The translations under genes and the position numbers were made by a program. A model generated the notes under the pieces. The model was not told the origin of the DNA and made no database searches. It saw nothing but the letters and a program-made list of their open reading frames with translations. From Chiloscyllium plagiosum (lineage: Eukaryota): 64,000 nt of DNA. Positions 37,724 to 50,089 of this stretch are shown here, piece after piece (position 1 is the first letter of the stretch; the number at the start of each line of letters is the position of its first letter). The stretch is taken from contig NC_057719.1 in NCBI RefSeq assembly GCF_004010195.1, forward strand, positions 10,974,507-11,038,506, in the 5' to 3' direction.

Positions 37724-38269
37724 CTGCAATATAGAAAAGAACGAAATATGGAATGTGACATGAGATTTTGTTGTGTTCAGTAACTATTTCAGAGCAAGCG
37801 TCAAATTCTTTCCTTCTCTTGCTTGACTGCCATTCCAGTAATATTTTTCTGAAGAAGCCGTGGCATAAATGACAGCATCTCAGGAACTGGAGGATCTGAG
37901 AGGAATTGTCATCCAGTCGGGTTTCAATGCCTTCAGAAGGCAGCAGAATTCTGGTTTAACAGATTCCTGAGCTTTTATCACATGACCTGTCACTTTTGAG
38001 CATTCCCTCCTTGTCAATCATCCTTTCTGTCTGTCTTTAAAGCTTTTTCAAATCAATAAATAAATATCTTTTTAAAAATTTAAGAAACAATTTAAGGCAG
38101 TTAATAATCAAGTACCCTGTGATAGGTGTGGAGTCACACGTACACCAGACCAAAAAAAAAGACTTCTTAAAGGCCTATATCTTTTGCCTACAAGTCAATA
38201 TCTGCAGCATTGACAACCCCAATTGAAAATCAGGACAGTCCCCATTTTAACATGAATTATTTTTCTTGA

Positions 38270-38632
38270 ATTTTTCACAGAATGTGCGAGTCACAGGCAA
38301 GGTCAGGATTTGTTGCCCATCCTTAATTACCCTTGCATTGAGTGGCGCATTAGGGCCGTATTGGGAGGCAATTAACAATCAAGCACTTTGTGATGGGTCT
38401 GGAGTCACATGTACACCAGAGCAGATAAGGACAGCAGTTTTTTTTCCTGAAAGACATTCATTAACCGGAGGGGTTTTTATGTCACTCAAATGATTTACAG
38501 TAGCATTGCTGAAGTGAGGTTTACTAATTAAATTCAAAGTCCATTAGCATGGTGGGATTTGAACCCACATCCCTATTAGCCTGGGCCTATAGACTACCAG
38601 TCTGTGGATATTACTGCTACAACACCATCTCC
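38270..38632 (-). mobile_element. tRNA-derived SINE (LINE-tail family)
   Basis: Homologous to 15363-15716. Confidence 0.65.
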
Positions 38633-40189
38633 CCTGGAGGATGGTTTTTGAATAGTTAAAATCTTGCCTGTCGGAGAAAGTCTGCAAAAAATAAAGCCTG
38701 CATAAAATGACAGCCAAATCCCATCCCGAGTCAGTTGACACTTCTGGGTCTATCAACTCCATCAGTAGAAAGCAGTATACCAGCAGAAGCACATTACAAA
38801 GCGGAACTCAGATTGCATAGGCTCTAACTTTAAGCAATGTCATTGTCAGGTCTCTGTTCAGAACCAGCACTTTTCACTCTTGATTTGAGTCTGCAATTAA
38901 ACACTGGCCTTTCAGCGTCAGTAAATAAGAAAGGAGGAGAAGGGGAGCAGCAAAGTGATGATTTCTCTGGCAGCTGTCCATCAGTGGTGTTTTTACTCAG
39001 AAAAGTTGGCTTCACCACTTACATACAGATGGCAGTTCTCAAAGCTTGTGGATATGGCTGTATCAATCTACTTCTTATTTTAGACAAAATCAAAGTATTG
39101 TCGATGCTGTAAATCAGAAATAAAAACAAAGAAAGGCTGGAGAGCTCAGCAGATCAGGTAGCATGTATGGAGGGAAATCGAAGCAAGCTTTCAGACTGAT
39201 GGCCTTTGGTCTGAAGATGGAAGGTCAAACTGAAAGCTTAACTCTGTTTTCCTCCAGAGATGCTATCTGACCTGCTGAGCACCTTTTATTTTATCACACA
39301 TTGCATTATATGATGGTTTCTGACCATGAAGAATCATTTTAAAATTCAGTAGCTCTAAAGAGTATGACACCAGAAATGAATAGGTATGGAAAGGTAGCAC
39401 AAATAAAAGGCTGAGGAATTTGACAGAGCTCTTAAAATTACAAAAGATTTTGACAGAGTGGACACGGAATAAATGTTTCATTTGTAGTTTTGAGCATAAC
39501 TGGAGCTCATAAATACAAGGTATTTACAAAGCTGAGATTTGGAAGATTCCTATTCACCTACAGAGTGGTGAAAACGCTGAACTTCCTATCATAGGGATTG
39601 GTTGAAACAAATAGCAGACATCACTTAAAGGAAAGCTAGTCATGCGTCTGAGTAAAAAGATTAAAATGTCACAAGTTCAAATCTCACCACAGCAGGTGGT
39701 TAAATTTGATTTCAATAAAATATCTGAAATAAAAAGCTCACCTAATGGCAACCATATAACCCCGTTGTCAATTGTGGTAAAAGCCCAAGTAGTTCACTAA
39801 AGTCCATTAAGGAAGGAAACCTGCCATCATTGCCTGGTGGTGAATTTAGATGAAGGAAGATGCACCTTTGCTCCATATCCCTTGCTTTCTTATGACTGAC
39901 TCACAGCGGGGCAACTTCATGACACATTCCCACGGTGATAGCTGAATCCTGATTGTGGTACATAGCAAACATTCTATGGAGCAACTTGTCCCTGTTGTGA
40001 AAAAAAGTAGTTATTTATCCAGCTTCCTAGTGTGTCAGGAGCCTGGACTTTGAAGGAAAGTGGTTTCAGAGTGAAGGTTTGCACTTGGAGCCATATGAAG
40101 CCTTTTATGAAGTTGCAATGTCCAACTACAATGTGCAGGTCTCCTCAAGGAGAGTTGCAAGCACTTGCTGGAAACAGATTTTTTTTATT

Positions 40190-40525
40190 ATTTTTTGTTC
40201 ATGGGATGTTGTTCAGCCAGCATTTACTGCTCTCCCCTAAATGCACAGAGGGCAGTTGAGAGTCAGCACTTTGCTGTGGATCTGCAGTCACATGGAGGCC
40301 TTATCAGATAAGGACAGTATGTTTCTTTCCCGAAAGGGTATTAGTGAATTGGATGGGTTTTTAAGGCAACGACAATGGTTGCCACGAGGCGAGTTTTTTT
40401 ATTTCAAATGTTATTGAATTCAAATACCACCATCTGCCATGGTGGGTTTTGAATCCATGCCCCTAGAACCTTAGCCTGAGGTTCCAGATTAGTGGTCCGG
40501 TGACATTACCACTACACCACTACCT
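40190..40525 (-). mobile_element. tRNA-derived SINE (LINE-tail family)
   Basis: Homologous to 15363-15716. Confidence 0.7.
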
Positions 40526-41210
40526 ATGCAACTGGAAGTCTGTTGCCCTGGCAATATGACTGCTGCTATTCTACTGAAAGATGTCTCCATGGTCTTGCTG
40601 ATGCTCCTGCTGCTGACTTCTTGATAATGCCCACATTGAACAGAAACTGGTCACCAATCCCTAACTGGGTAGGGTTCCTGAGGTGGCATTCTAATTGACT
40701 ACCTCTGAGAAAACTACATCTGATGCCCATGATCACTTCCAGGTTCCCAAATAGGAACTGGGATCCACCTGGAGAAAATACATTCATTTAACTCTCAAAT
40801 TTTAAGTGAGTACCAAGTGTGAGCATATAATGCAGGCAAATAGTGCAATGTTGTATTGAAGGAGTGCTGCGAGATGGGCAGTAATACCTATGCATGAGAC
40901 TTAGCTGTTTAAGTGGACGTAAGAGGTCCCATAGCAATGATCATATGAATAAACAAATCAGGAACTGTGGATCATTCTGCCCCTCCATTATTCAATCACA
41001 TTGTGGCTGATTTGCTTGTGTTTCATATTCCACATTTCCAGCTACCCCAAAACCCATGATTCCTCTAGACGAACAAGAAATGTCAACCTCCACCTTAAAA
41101 ATATTACAAAATCCCGCTGTGTAATCAGAGAAATGAAGATTATCTGTATGCACATATAAAGAAAGTGACACGCTGGAGAATTCTTACAGGCATGGCATTC
41201 GAACCAGAAC

Positions 41211-41818
41211 TTGCAGGTTCCAGGATTTAAATGTTTTAGTAGGGTCAGAGGTGGGGGTAAAAGAGGGGGAGGTGTGGCATTGCTTGTCAAAGATAGTATT
41301 ACAGTGGTGGAAAGGACGATGGATGAGGACTTGCCATCTGAGGTAGTTTGGGCTGAGGTTAGGAATAGGAAAGGTGAGGTCACCCTGTTAGGAGTCTTTT
41401 ACAGGCCCCCTAATAGTCCTAGAATCATTGAAGAAAGGATAGGGAAGGTGATTCAGGAGATGAGTGACAGTAATAGGGTGGTTGTGATGGGGGACTTTAA
41501 CTTTCCTGATATTGATTGGGAAAGCTATAGCTCAAGTTCGTTAGATGGGTCAGTGTTTGTTCAATGTGTGCAGGAGAGTTTCCTGACACAATATGTAGAC
41601 AGGCCAACAAGAGGTGAGGCCATACTGGATTTGGTTCTGGGTAACGAACCAGGCCAGGTGTTAGAATTAGAGGTAGGTGAGCACTTTGGGGATAGTGACC
41701 ATAATACGGTGATTTTTACTCTCGTGATGGAGAGGGATAAGTATGTACTACAGGGCAAGAGTTATAGCTGGGGTAAGGGAAATTATGATGCGGTGAGGCA
41801 TGACATAGGATGTGTGGC
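41211..41818 (+). mobile_element. CR1 ORF2 endonuclease domain fragment, open frame
   Basis: GGGVALLVK, GVFYRPPN, VVMGDFNFPDIDW, PTRGEAILDLVL and GDSDHN. Homology to the 1-657 copy stops at ~41818. Confidence 0.92.
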
Positions 41819-43239
41819 ATTTTGTTTCGGTGTCCACTGTATATTGATGTTGAAAACAAAAGTATAATGGGTTTGCTTCCCAGGGAATTAACTGTGGTGT
41901 GGGGTACTGCCAAATATTTCAAAATGTCTCTCCTGTCATGATCGTGTTCGCCTCCCGCGCGGAAGATCGCAAACAGTTCTGCCGTCCCAGGCAAGTTGAG
42001 CTCACACTGGAACCGAATGGCGACTGTTATTTCATCGCTGTTGTGAAACGAAGTCCTACGGTGACTCTACTCGTTGTTATTTGGGTTTCTAGCTAATGGG
42101 AAAATCGTTCCAATTAAATTCGATGTCCTACCTTATTGAATCTCTCACATTTCCTTCATTTCTGTCCTGGAAACATCGTAAGGGAAAGGTAATCTAATCG
42201 AGACTGTGACTGGTGAAATTCACTTTTTTACAGCCAATTCTTATTGTGTTCTTTCTTTCTCTCTTTTCAGCATTGTCTGGAAAGTGGTGGTGCACTAAGG
42301 CTGCAGTATGTTTGTAAGAGTCGTTTGGAAATGCCCCGTTGTTAGTTGTGAGATTACTTTATGTCTCATGCCCTCGGACTGTATCACATTTAGCATTCAT
42401 GCATCTCTGTGTCTGAAAATGCGTGAGGTATGCCAGTTTTGTTTGTGTTCCGTGTTAAATGCTTTCTGTTTTGCGATTCGCTCAATACATTTCGATTTAA
42501 CAGGGTTTCTGAGGTAACTTCCAGCAGCCAAAATCCTCAGCTGAGAATCTGGGAAAATTTCAGAGTATGGTCAGTCGGAGCTAAAGTAAGGAAGTCCTTC
42601 GTTTCTACACTGTTTCACAATACTACCTTTCCCGTGAGCAGTCGTACAGACTAAATGATTGTGCCACAGACTGCGATGGCAAACTCCGCTGAAAAGTAAT
42701 CCTTTAAAGCCGGTGGAAGCAACATGACGTTATTGGGGTACACCGTGGAAAAAAATACTTCGGTGCACCCCTCGTCCATGCTCACCACATAGCCAAAATT
42801 AAACAAGTCTCGTTCCCCAGCATTTGGCTCCAATCCCTCTAAACGCATCCTATCCAGAAACTCACCCGATTACCTTTGCAATTTTCTGAGTGTAGTAGCC
42901 TTCTTCACTTCCTCTGGTAGATCATTCCAAACATAACCTTCTTTGTGGGAAATGTGCCTCAGGTCCTTTGTCACTTTCAGCCCACTCACCTTAAAGCTAT
43001 GCTGTCGAGTTTTCAACTCACACCAACTTGGGTAAAGCACGTAAATACTCAGTTTACCACCCTTCCATAAGGTCATGTCGCAGCTGTTACGCTGCAGGGA
43101 AAGTCGTCCCAGCCTATTCCACCTCGCCCTACGGTACAAACATCCACGACATTTAACATTTGCATTTAACAGTGCAACTGGTGGACATTACACTACAGAT
43201 GTCTTCCATATTGGTCTTAACGGCTGGCTGCGCATTGAT

Positions 43240-44198
43240 GATCTGTTTTGGGACCATTGCTGTTTGTCATTTTTATAAATGACCTGGAAGAGGGGTTAGA
43301 AGGTTGGGTGAGCAAGTTTGCGGATGATACGAAAGTCGGAGGAGTTGTTGACGGTGAGGAAGGATGTGGCAGGTTACAGCAGGATATAGAGAAGCTGCAG
43401 AGCTGGGCAGAAAGGTGGCAGATGGAATTCAATGTAGCTAAGTGCGAGGTGATTCACTTTGGGAAGAATAACAAAAAGATGGGGTACTGGGCTAATGGTC
43501 GGATACTTGGTAGTGTGGATGAGCAGAGGGATCTTGGTGTCCATGTACACAGATCTCTGAAAGTTGCCACCCAGGTAAATAGTGCGGTGAGGAAGGCATA
43601 TGGCGTACTGGCTTTTATTGGTAGAGGAATTGATTTCCGGAGTCCTGAGGTCATGATGCAGTTGTATAAGACTCTGGTGCGGCCGCATCTGGAATATTGT
43701 GTGCAGTTTTGGTCGCCATACTATAGGAAGGATGTGGAGGCACTGGAACGGGTGCAGAGGAGGTTTACCAGGATGTTGCCTGGTATGGTAGGAAGATCGT
43801 ATGAGGAAAGATTGAGACACTTGGGGCTGTTTTCATTAGAGAAAAGAAGGTTTAGGGGTGACTTGATTGAGGTGTACAAGATGATTAGGGGGTTAGATAG
43901 GGTTGACAGTGTGAACCTTTTCCCGCGTATGGAGTCGGGTATTACAAGGGTGCATAGCTTTAAATTAAGGGGGGGTAGATATAGGACTGAAGTTAGGGGT
44001 AGGTTCTTCACTCAGCGAGTCGTAAGTTCATGGAATGCCCTGCCAGTAGCAGTGGTGGACTCTCCCTCTTTATGGGCATTTAAGCGGGCATTGGATAGGT
44101 ATATGGAGGATAGTGGGTTAGTATAGGTTAGGTGGGCTTGGATCGGCGCAACATCGAGGGCCAAAGGGCCTGTACTGCGCTGTATTCTTCTATGTTCT
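43240..44198 (+). mobile_element. Young CR1 RT C-terminal half and 3' UTR
   Basis: Uninterrupted 292-aa [15 protein letters not shown]...SKFADDTK...LEYCVQFWSP..., ending in a ttctatgttcta tail. Confidence 0.93.
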
Positions 44199-44440
44199 AA
44201 CTCCATCAATAAACACATCAATTTAGACCCTGTCTACCTTCTCTTGAAAAAAAGAACCTGAAATGACATCACCCACCTGAAGAAAGCAAGACCTATAAAT
44301 AGAGAGGCAGGACATATCATCAGCACTTCACCAGAGACTCTCACTGATGATGTTACCTAGTCATGGTGAATAAATATCTGAAAATGAACCTTCCAGCTCA
44401 GCGAGCTAACCTACAGACTTAATCATCAATCTTCTCAAAA
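44199..44440 (+). mobile_element. Second PLE family 3' end/pseudo-LTR with degenerate hammerhead
   Basis: NSINKHINLDPVY C-terminus, a tataaata box, and tca-CTGATGA-tgttacc-tagtcat-ggtgaa-taaa-tatc-tga at 44341-44381. Confidence 0.65.
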
Positions 44441-45490
44441 ATCACTAAAGTGAAACCTCTCTCCTACATACAAAATGCATGCTACAAACAGAATGCCCAT
44501 AACGTCCGAAATATGTGTCCAACATAGACAGGAAAATTAGGACTCCATCTTATACCAAATGAAACAAAGCCTCACATTTTCTGCCACACTCCACACTTTT
44601 CAGTATTTGACTGCTGGAACATTCAGTGTGTTGAAGGTTTTGAACCTGGAAGACTACTTGAGAGTGTTCCTAATCAATGTTATTCAATGGCTGCTTCTGT
44701 TTCTTCAATATTCAGCCCTGAAAACCTCAGATATATCTGCACTCCTCCAATTCTGGCTCTTTGATCTCTCTGGTGATTGCATTGAGATTCTGGAATTCCC
44801 TCCTTAAATCTCACAACTTCTCCACCTCTCTTTCATCTTTTAATACGTTCCTTACATGTTACCCCTTTGGCTAAGTTTTCAATCACCTGCACTAACATCT
44901 CCTTATATGCACTGGGTCGAAATTGTTTGAATACACTCCTATGAATAAGCTTGAAATGTGTTAATAATTAATAGTGCTCTATCAACAAAGTTAGGAACAT
45001 AAAAACAGAGTTGGGCCATTCAGCTCATCGAGCCTGCTCCAACACATTATTTGTTCATGGCTGATCATCGACCTCAACGTCCCTTCCCCACATTATAACT
45101 TGATGAAATTAATATCCAGTAATCTATCAGTTTCCTTCTTGAATATTGTGAAGCAACATAATTTGTATTTCCCCGATATACTGTGCAAACTAGCAATCTG
45201 TATAAATGGTATCATTCAGAGAGCAGAGTACCAGTGGTTGGTATATTTGATGGTTTCAAACTATTAAGTGCATTCAGTATTACCTGGGACATCTCTTGGT
45301 GTGAACTTTTCAGTAGGTCACACAGAACAGATCAATGTTTACTGATCAATATTCAGAAGACCGACAGTCAATGAGAGGAGAAGGTTGTTACCTTCAAGGT
45401 GCTCATCAGTCAGGTACTTTGGAGCAGGAAAATGAGAGTATATCCTGAAAAGGTGGTGCTGTAACAGGAATTCCTGGCTGTGTACACTTG

Positions 45491-48275
45491 GAGCCATAGA
45501 GATGTACAGCATGGAAACAGACCCTTCGGTCCAAACCGTCCATGCCGACCAGATATCCCAACCCAATTGAGTCCCACCTGCCAGCACCCGGCCCATATCC
45601 CTCCAAACCCCTCCTATTCATATACTCATCCAAATGCCTCTTAAATGCTGCAATTGCACCAGCCTCCACCACATCCTCTGGCAGCTCATTCCATACACAT
45701 ACCACCCTCTGTGTGAAAAAGTTGCCCCTTAGGTGTCTTTTATATCTTTCCCCTCTCACCCTAAATCTATGCCCTCTAGTTCTGGACTCCCCAACCCCAC
45801 GGAAAAGACTTTGCCAATTTACTCTAGCCATGCCCCTCATAATTTTGAAAAACTCCGACATTCCAGAGAAAACAGCCCCAGCATATTCAGCCTCTCCCTA
45901 TAGCTCAAATCCTCCAACCCTGGCAACATCCTTGTAAATCTTTTCTGAAACCTTTTAAGTTTCACAACATCTTTCTGGTAGGAAGGAGACCAGAAATACA
46001 CACAATATTCCAACTGTGGTCTAACCAATGTCCTGTACAGACGCAACATGACCTCCCAATCCTGTACTCAATACTCTGACCAATAAAGGAAAGCATACCA
46101 AATGCCTTCTTCACTTTCTTATCTACCTGCGACTCCACTTTCAAGGAGCTATGAACCTGCACTCCAAGGTCTCTTTGTTCAGCAACACTCCCTAGGACCT
46201 TACCACTAAGTGTATATGTCCTGCTAATATTTGTTTTCCCAAAATGCAGCACCTCGCATTTAATTAAACCCCATCTGCCACTTCTCTGCTCATTGGCCCA
46301 TCTGGTCAAGATCCTGTTGTAATCTGAAGTAACCCTCTTCGCTATCCACTACATCTCCAATTTTGGTATCATCTGCAAACTTACTAACTGTACCTCTTAT
46401 GCTCGCATCCAAATCATTTATGTAAATGACAAAAAGTAGAGGACCCTGCACCGATCCTTGTGGCACTCCACTGGTCACAGGCCTCCAGTCTGAAAAACAA
46501 CCCTCCACCACCACCCTGTCTTCGACCTTTGAGCCAGTTCTGTATCCAAATGGCTCGTTCTCCCTGTATTCCATGAGATCTAAGCTTGCTAATCAATCTC
46601 CCATGGGGACCTTGTTGAACGCCTTACTGAAATCCATATAGATCACATCTACTGCTCTGCCCTCATCAATTCTCTTTGTTATTTTCTCAAAAAACTCAAT
46701 CAAGTTTGTGAGACATGATTTCCCATGCACAAAGCCACGTTGACTATCCCTAATCAGTCCTTGCCTTTCCAAATACACGTACATCCTGTCCCTCAGGATT
46801 CCCTCCAACAACTTGCTCACCACCGAGGTCAGGCTCACTGGTCAATAGTTCCCTGGCTTGTCCTTACCACCCTTCTTAAACAGTGGCACCACGTTAGCCA
46901 ACCTCCAGTCTTCTGGCACCTCACCTGTGACTATCGATGATACAAATATCTCAGCAAGAGGCCCAGCAATCACTTCTCTAGCTTCCCACAGAGTTTTAGG
47001 GTACACCTGATCAGGTCCTGGGGATTTATCCACCTTTATGTGTTTCAAGACATCCAGCACTTCCTCCTCTGTAATATGGACATTTTGCAAGGTGTCACCA
47101 TCTATTTCCCTACAGTCTTTATCTTCCATATCCGTTTCTACAGTAAATACTGATGCAAAATACTCATTTAGTATCTCCCCCATNNNNNNNNNNNNNNNNN
47201 NNNNNNNNNNNNNNNNNNNNNNNNNNNNNNNNNNNNNNNNNNNNNNNNNNNNNNNNNNNNNNNNNNNNNNNNNNNNNNNNNNNNNNNNNNNNNNNNNNNN
47301 NNNNNNNNNNNNNNNNNNNNNNNNNNNNNNNNNNNNNNNNNNNNNNNNNNNNNNNNNNNNNNNNNNNNNNNNNNNNNNNNNNNNNNNNNNNNNNNNNNNN
47401 NNNNNNNNNNNNNNNNNNNNNNNNNNNNNNNNNTTATCTCATTTCTGAAGGCTTCCCATTTTCCAGCCGTCCCTTTACCTGCGAACATCTGCCCCCAATC
47501 AGTTTTTGAACGTTCTTGCCTAATACCGTCAAAATTGGCCTTTCTCCAATTTAGAACTTCAACTTTTAGATCTGATCTATCCTTTTCCATCATTATTTTA
47601 AGTTTAATAGAATTATGGTCACTGGCCCCAAAGTGCTCTCCCACTGACACCTCAGTCACCTGCCCTGCCTTATTTCCCAAGAGTAGGTCAAGATTTGCAC
47701 CTTCTCTAGTAGGTACATTCACATACTGAATAAGAAACTTTTCTTGTACACACTTAACAAATTCCTCTCCATCTAAACCCTTAACACTATGGCAGTCTCA
47801 GTCTATGCTTGGTAAATTAAAATCCCTTACCATAATCACCCTATTATTCTTACAGATAGCTGAGATCTCTTTACAAATTTGTTTCTCAATTTCCCTCTGA
47901 CTATTGGGGGGTCTCTTATATAATCTCAATAAGGTGATCATCCCTTTCTTATTTCACAGTTCCTCCCAAATAACTTCCCTGGATGTATTTCCGGGAATAT
48001 CCTCCCTCAGCACAGCTATAATGCTATCCCTTATCAAAAACGCCACTCCCCCTCCTCTCTTGCCTCCCTTTCTATCCTTCCTGTAGCATTTGTATCCTGG
48101 AACATTAAGCTGCCAGTCCTGTCCATCCCTAAGTCATGTTTCTGTAATTGCTATGATATCCCAGTCCCATGTTCCTAACAATGCCCTGAGTTCATCTGCC
48201 TTCCCTGTTAGGCCCCTTGCATTGAAATAAATGCAGTTTAATTTATTAGTCCTACCTTGTCCCTGCCTGCCTTCT
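45491..48275 (-). mobile_element. Nearly complete CR1 ORF2 (EN-RT-3'UTR), frameshifted, with an N gap
   Basis: Consecutive ORFs from 47168-47722 (EHFGASDHN) through 46290-46574 (SGVPQGSVQGPLLFVIYINDL..KFADDTK) to 45406-45861. Confidence 0.92.
47184..47433. other. Assembly gap (250 N)
   Basis: Run of N. Confidence 1.
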
Positions 48276-49720
48276 TCCAAGCGTTGGGATTAGTGATCAG
48301 AAAAAGTCCTGAGAGTTATGGGTGCTCAGAACGAATCATGGACTATGAACACTTCAAAGCAGGTAAGAGTAAGAATGAAAAAAACCCGCAATTGGCATTG
48401 CTTAATGCAGCCGAGCAGGACTGGAGCTTGGAGAATTGCACAAGTTGGATATTGGTGCAAGGTTGTCATTGTACTTGTAAGAGGTGCTAGACTGCAGTTT
48501 CCAGAATCCAAGCAAGCACCATCCTAATTTGTAGTTTATTATTATATAAATTAACACACCACCACAATTCTAGACGATCCCAGCATTGTTGTACTTACAA
48601 AGAGAAGATTTGAACATGGCACTAATAGATGAAAATGATGACTTGTCAATGAATGGCTGAAGCCAAGAACCAGCAATAGTTTTACAGGTAACTGTCCAGC
48701 AATGAAGCATGTGCACCAACACAGACGTAAGAAAAATATCTCAACCCCTTTTTTAATGTAAGTGAGGACAATATTGAACCTAACAGACTGGAACCTAACA
48801 TTTTGCCATCAGAAGCTGGTGCACCTTTTCTCACTAAAATGCACTTGCATCCCTTACCTCACTGCCTTGAAGGAGAAGAGCAGCTGGAACATGGACATAC
48901 CAACTCCTGCAAATTCCCCTCCAAGTCACACAAGATCCTGATTGGAAACATATTGTTGGCTTCTCATCACCATTTGGTGAAAATCCTGGATCTCCCTCCC
49001 AACAGCACTCCCTAACAGTCAGTGTATGTACATTACAAAGACCTCCTCATCACCTCCTCAAGTATGTACTGTTCGAGTCAGGCAGTTAATGCTGACTGGT
49101 CAGTGACACCCACATGAATGGCTTAAACCGCTACAGCCAAGTGATTTTGAGAGTAATGGCGTAGCAGATTAAATAATAATAAAGTAAGCCTCTGTCAACG
49201 TAAGATATATGCCCACAGGGCAACAATGGCTGTACCAGGTCATGCACTACTAATGGGAGGAAGACAGTAAGTATTCCTGTGTAGAATGTCCAGAGTGTGA
49301 TAACCAAGCTGAGACAACAAAGCCACGTGCAACAATTGGTTGCAGCTAACCTCACCACTCAATGAGCTTGCATGTCAACAACACACACAAGAACATGATA
49401 TGTGGTACCCACATTTCTCTTACAGGATTAAATCAATAAACAACACAGCAAACCAAAGCTCTTTGAGAATTCCAGATTCAGCAAGACAAATAGATGCCCT
49501 TGTGAGCTCTTGAAGGAATTTTGACACCTATATCTCACATAAATGAATGTGCATTTGTTTTATTTGCACATTAACCTGTTATTATAAAATGTATTAATTG
49601 ATTTTTCAATAATTAATGGTTGTAAAACTTGCATTTAGAGGCAAAGGATATACAACATTATCCTATAAAAGCTCTACATAGCAGCAATAAGATAATATGA
49701 CAATATCATTTATAATTCAT

Positions 49721-49880
49721 GAGTGTGGCATTGGAAAAGCACAGCAGGTCAGGCAGCATTCGAGGAGCAGGGGCCCTTCATCGATTCCCCTGCTCCTCAG
49801 ATGCTGCCTGACCTGCTGTGCTTTTCCAGCGCCACACTCTCGACTCTGATCTCCAGCATCGGCAGTCCTTACTTTCTCTT
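49721..49880 (+). mobile_element. PLE-derived fold-back mini-element
   Basis: gagtgtggcattggaaaagcacagcaggtcaggcagcattcgaggagcagggg is inverted against cccctgctcctcagatgctgcctgacctgctgtgcttttccagcgccacactc. Confidence 0.8.
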
Positions 49881-50089
49881 AATATCCTATATAAATCAAT
49901 GAGTATGGACTGTGTACTTCTCACTGATCTTCAAAAAAGCCAGTACAGACTGATTGGACATAATAATCTCTTGCTCTACAGTATTGGTTTATGATGCAAT
50001 GACCAGCAGAACCATCAGCAGTAGACAGTAAAACCAAAACAGTGAGTTTTACTAACATCCAACATAAATATAGGTATTGAGTTCTTCCA

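Noticed and set aside
42083..42152. H/ACA snoRNA-like hairpin ending in ACAttt inside the CpG-rich insert
   Set aside because: A stem-pocket-stem can be drawn, but there is no upstream H box (ANANNA) or convincing first hairpin. It would need an Rfam or snoRNA search.
43248..44126. 292-aa ORF as a host or novel reverse-transcriptase gene
   Set aside because: It is the C-terminal half of CR1 ORF2 followed by the CR1 UTR and tail, and it lacks the N-terminal RT motifs.
47038..47722. ORFs spanning the second gap
   Set aside because: They are inflated by Ns, and the real content is CR1 ORF2.
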